A stretch of 34,656 bases of DNA from an archaeon (GTDB lineage Archaea; Nanobdellota; Nanobdellia; SCGC-AAA011-G17; PNOQ01): the NCBI GenBank assembly GCA_021107835.1, contig JAIOSD010000048.1:1-34656 (forward strand). Reading direction: 5' to 3'. This document shows positions 34,656-34,656 of the stretch, piece after piece. Positions within the stretch are counted from its first letter, which is position 1. Each line of letters starts with the position of its first letter. The position numbers and the translations under genes were made by a program. The notes below the pieces were generated by a model, which was given only the letters and a program-made list of their open reading frames with translations, searched no databases and had not been told where the DNA came from.

Positions 34656-34656
34656 A

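Overview
AT-rich, gene-dense archaeal chromosomal segment. The gene content (alpha4-type EndA, Gins51-L44e-S27e-aIF2alpha-Nop10, EndoQ, aEF-1beta, RadA, RPA), the very short spacers and the pilin style suggest a DPANN (Woesearchaeota/Pacearchaeota-like) organism; that taxonomy is inference. The main feature is a large type IV (Tad-like) pilus system. It has a TadA/VirB11-type ATPase, a double-length TadB/C platform and about 11 consecutive pilin-like genes, two of them too short for the ORF track. One pilin carries a Cys-flanked glycine-zipper hairpin, and the last pilin gene overlaps rpa. About 7 kb away lie the A24 prepilin peptidase and four secreted or lipoprotein genes, three of which look paralogous. 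Between these blocks sit radA, coupled to a small putative ssDNA-binding protein that has a structured leader, and thymidine kinase, which raises a DNA-uptake or host-exploitation hypothesis. Other observations: mostly leaderless BRE-TATA promoters, single TATA boxes shared by divergent genes, strong strand-specific composition, an orphan gene flanked by a 12-bp direct repeat, and a structured repeat element beside a methyltransferase. No rRNA, tRNA, CRISPR array or transposase was recognised. All family assignments come from motif reading, not database searches.
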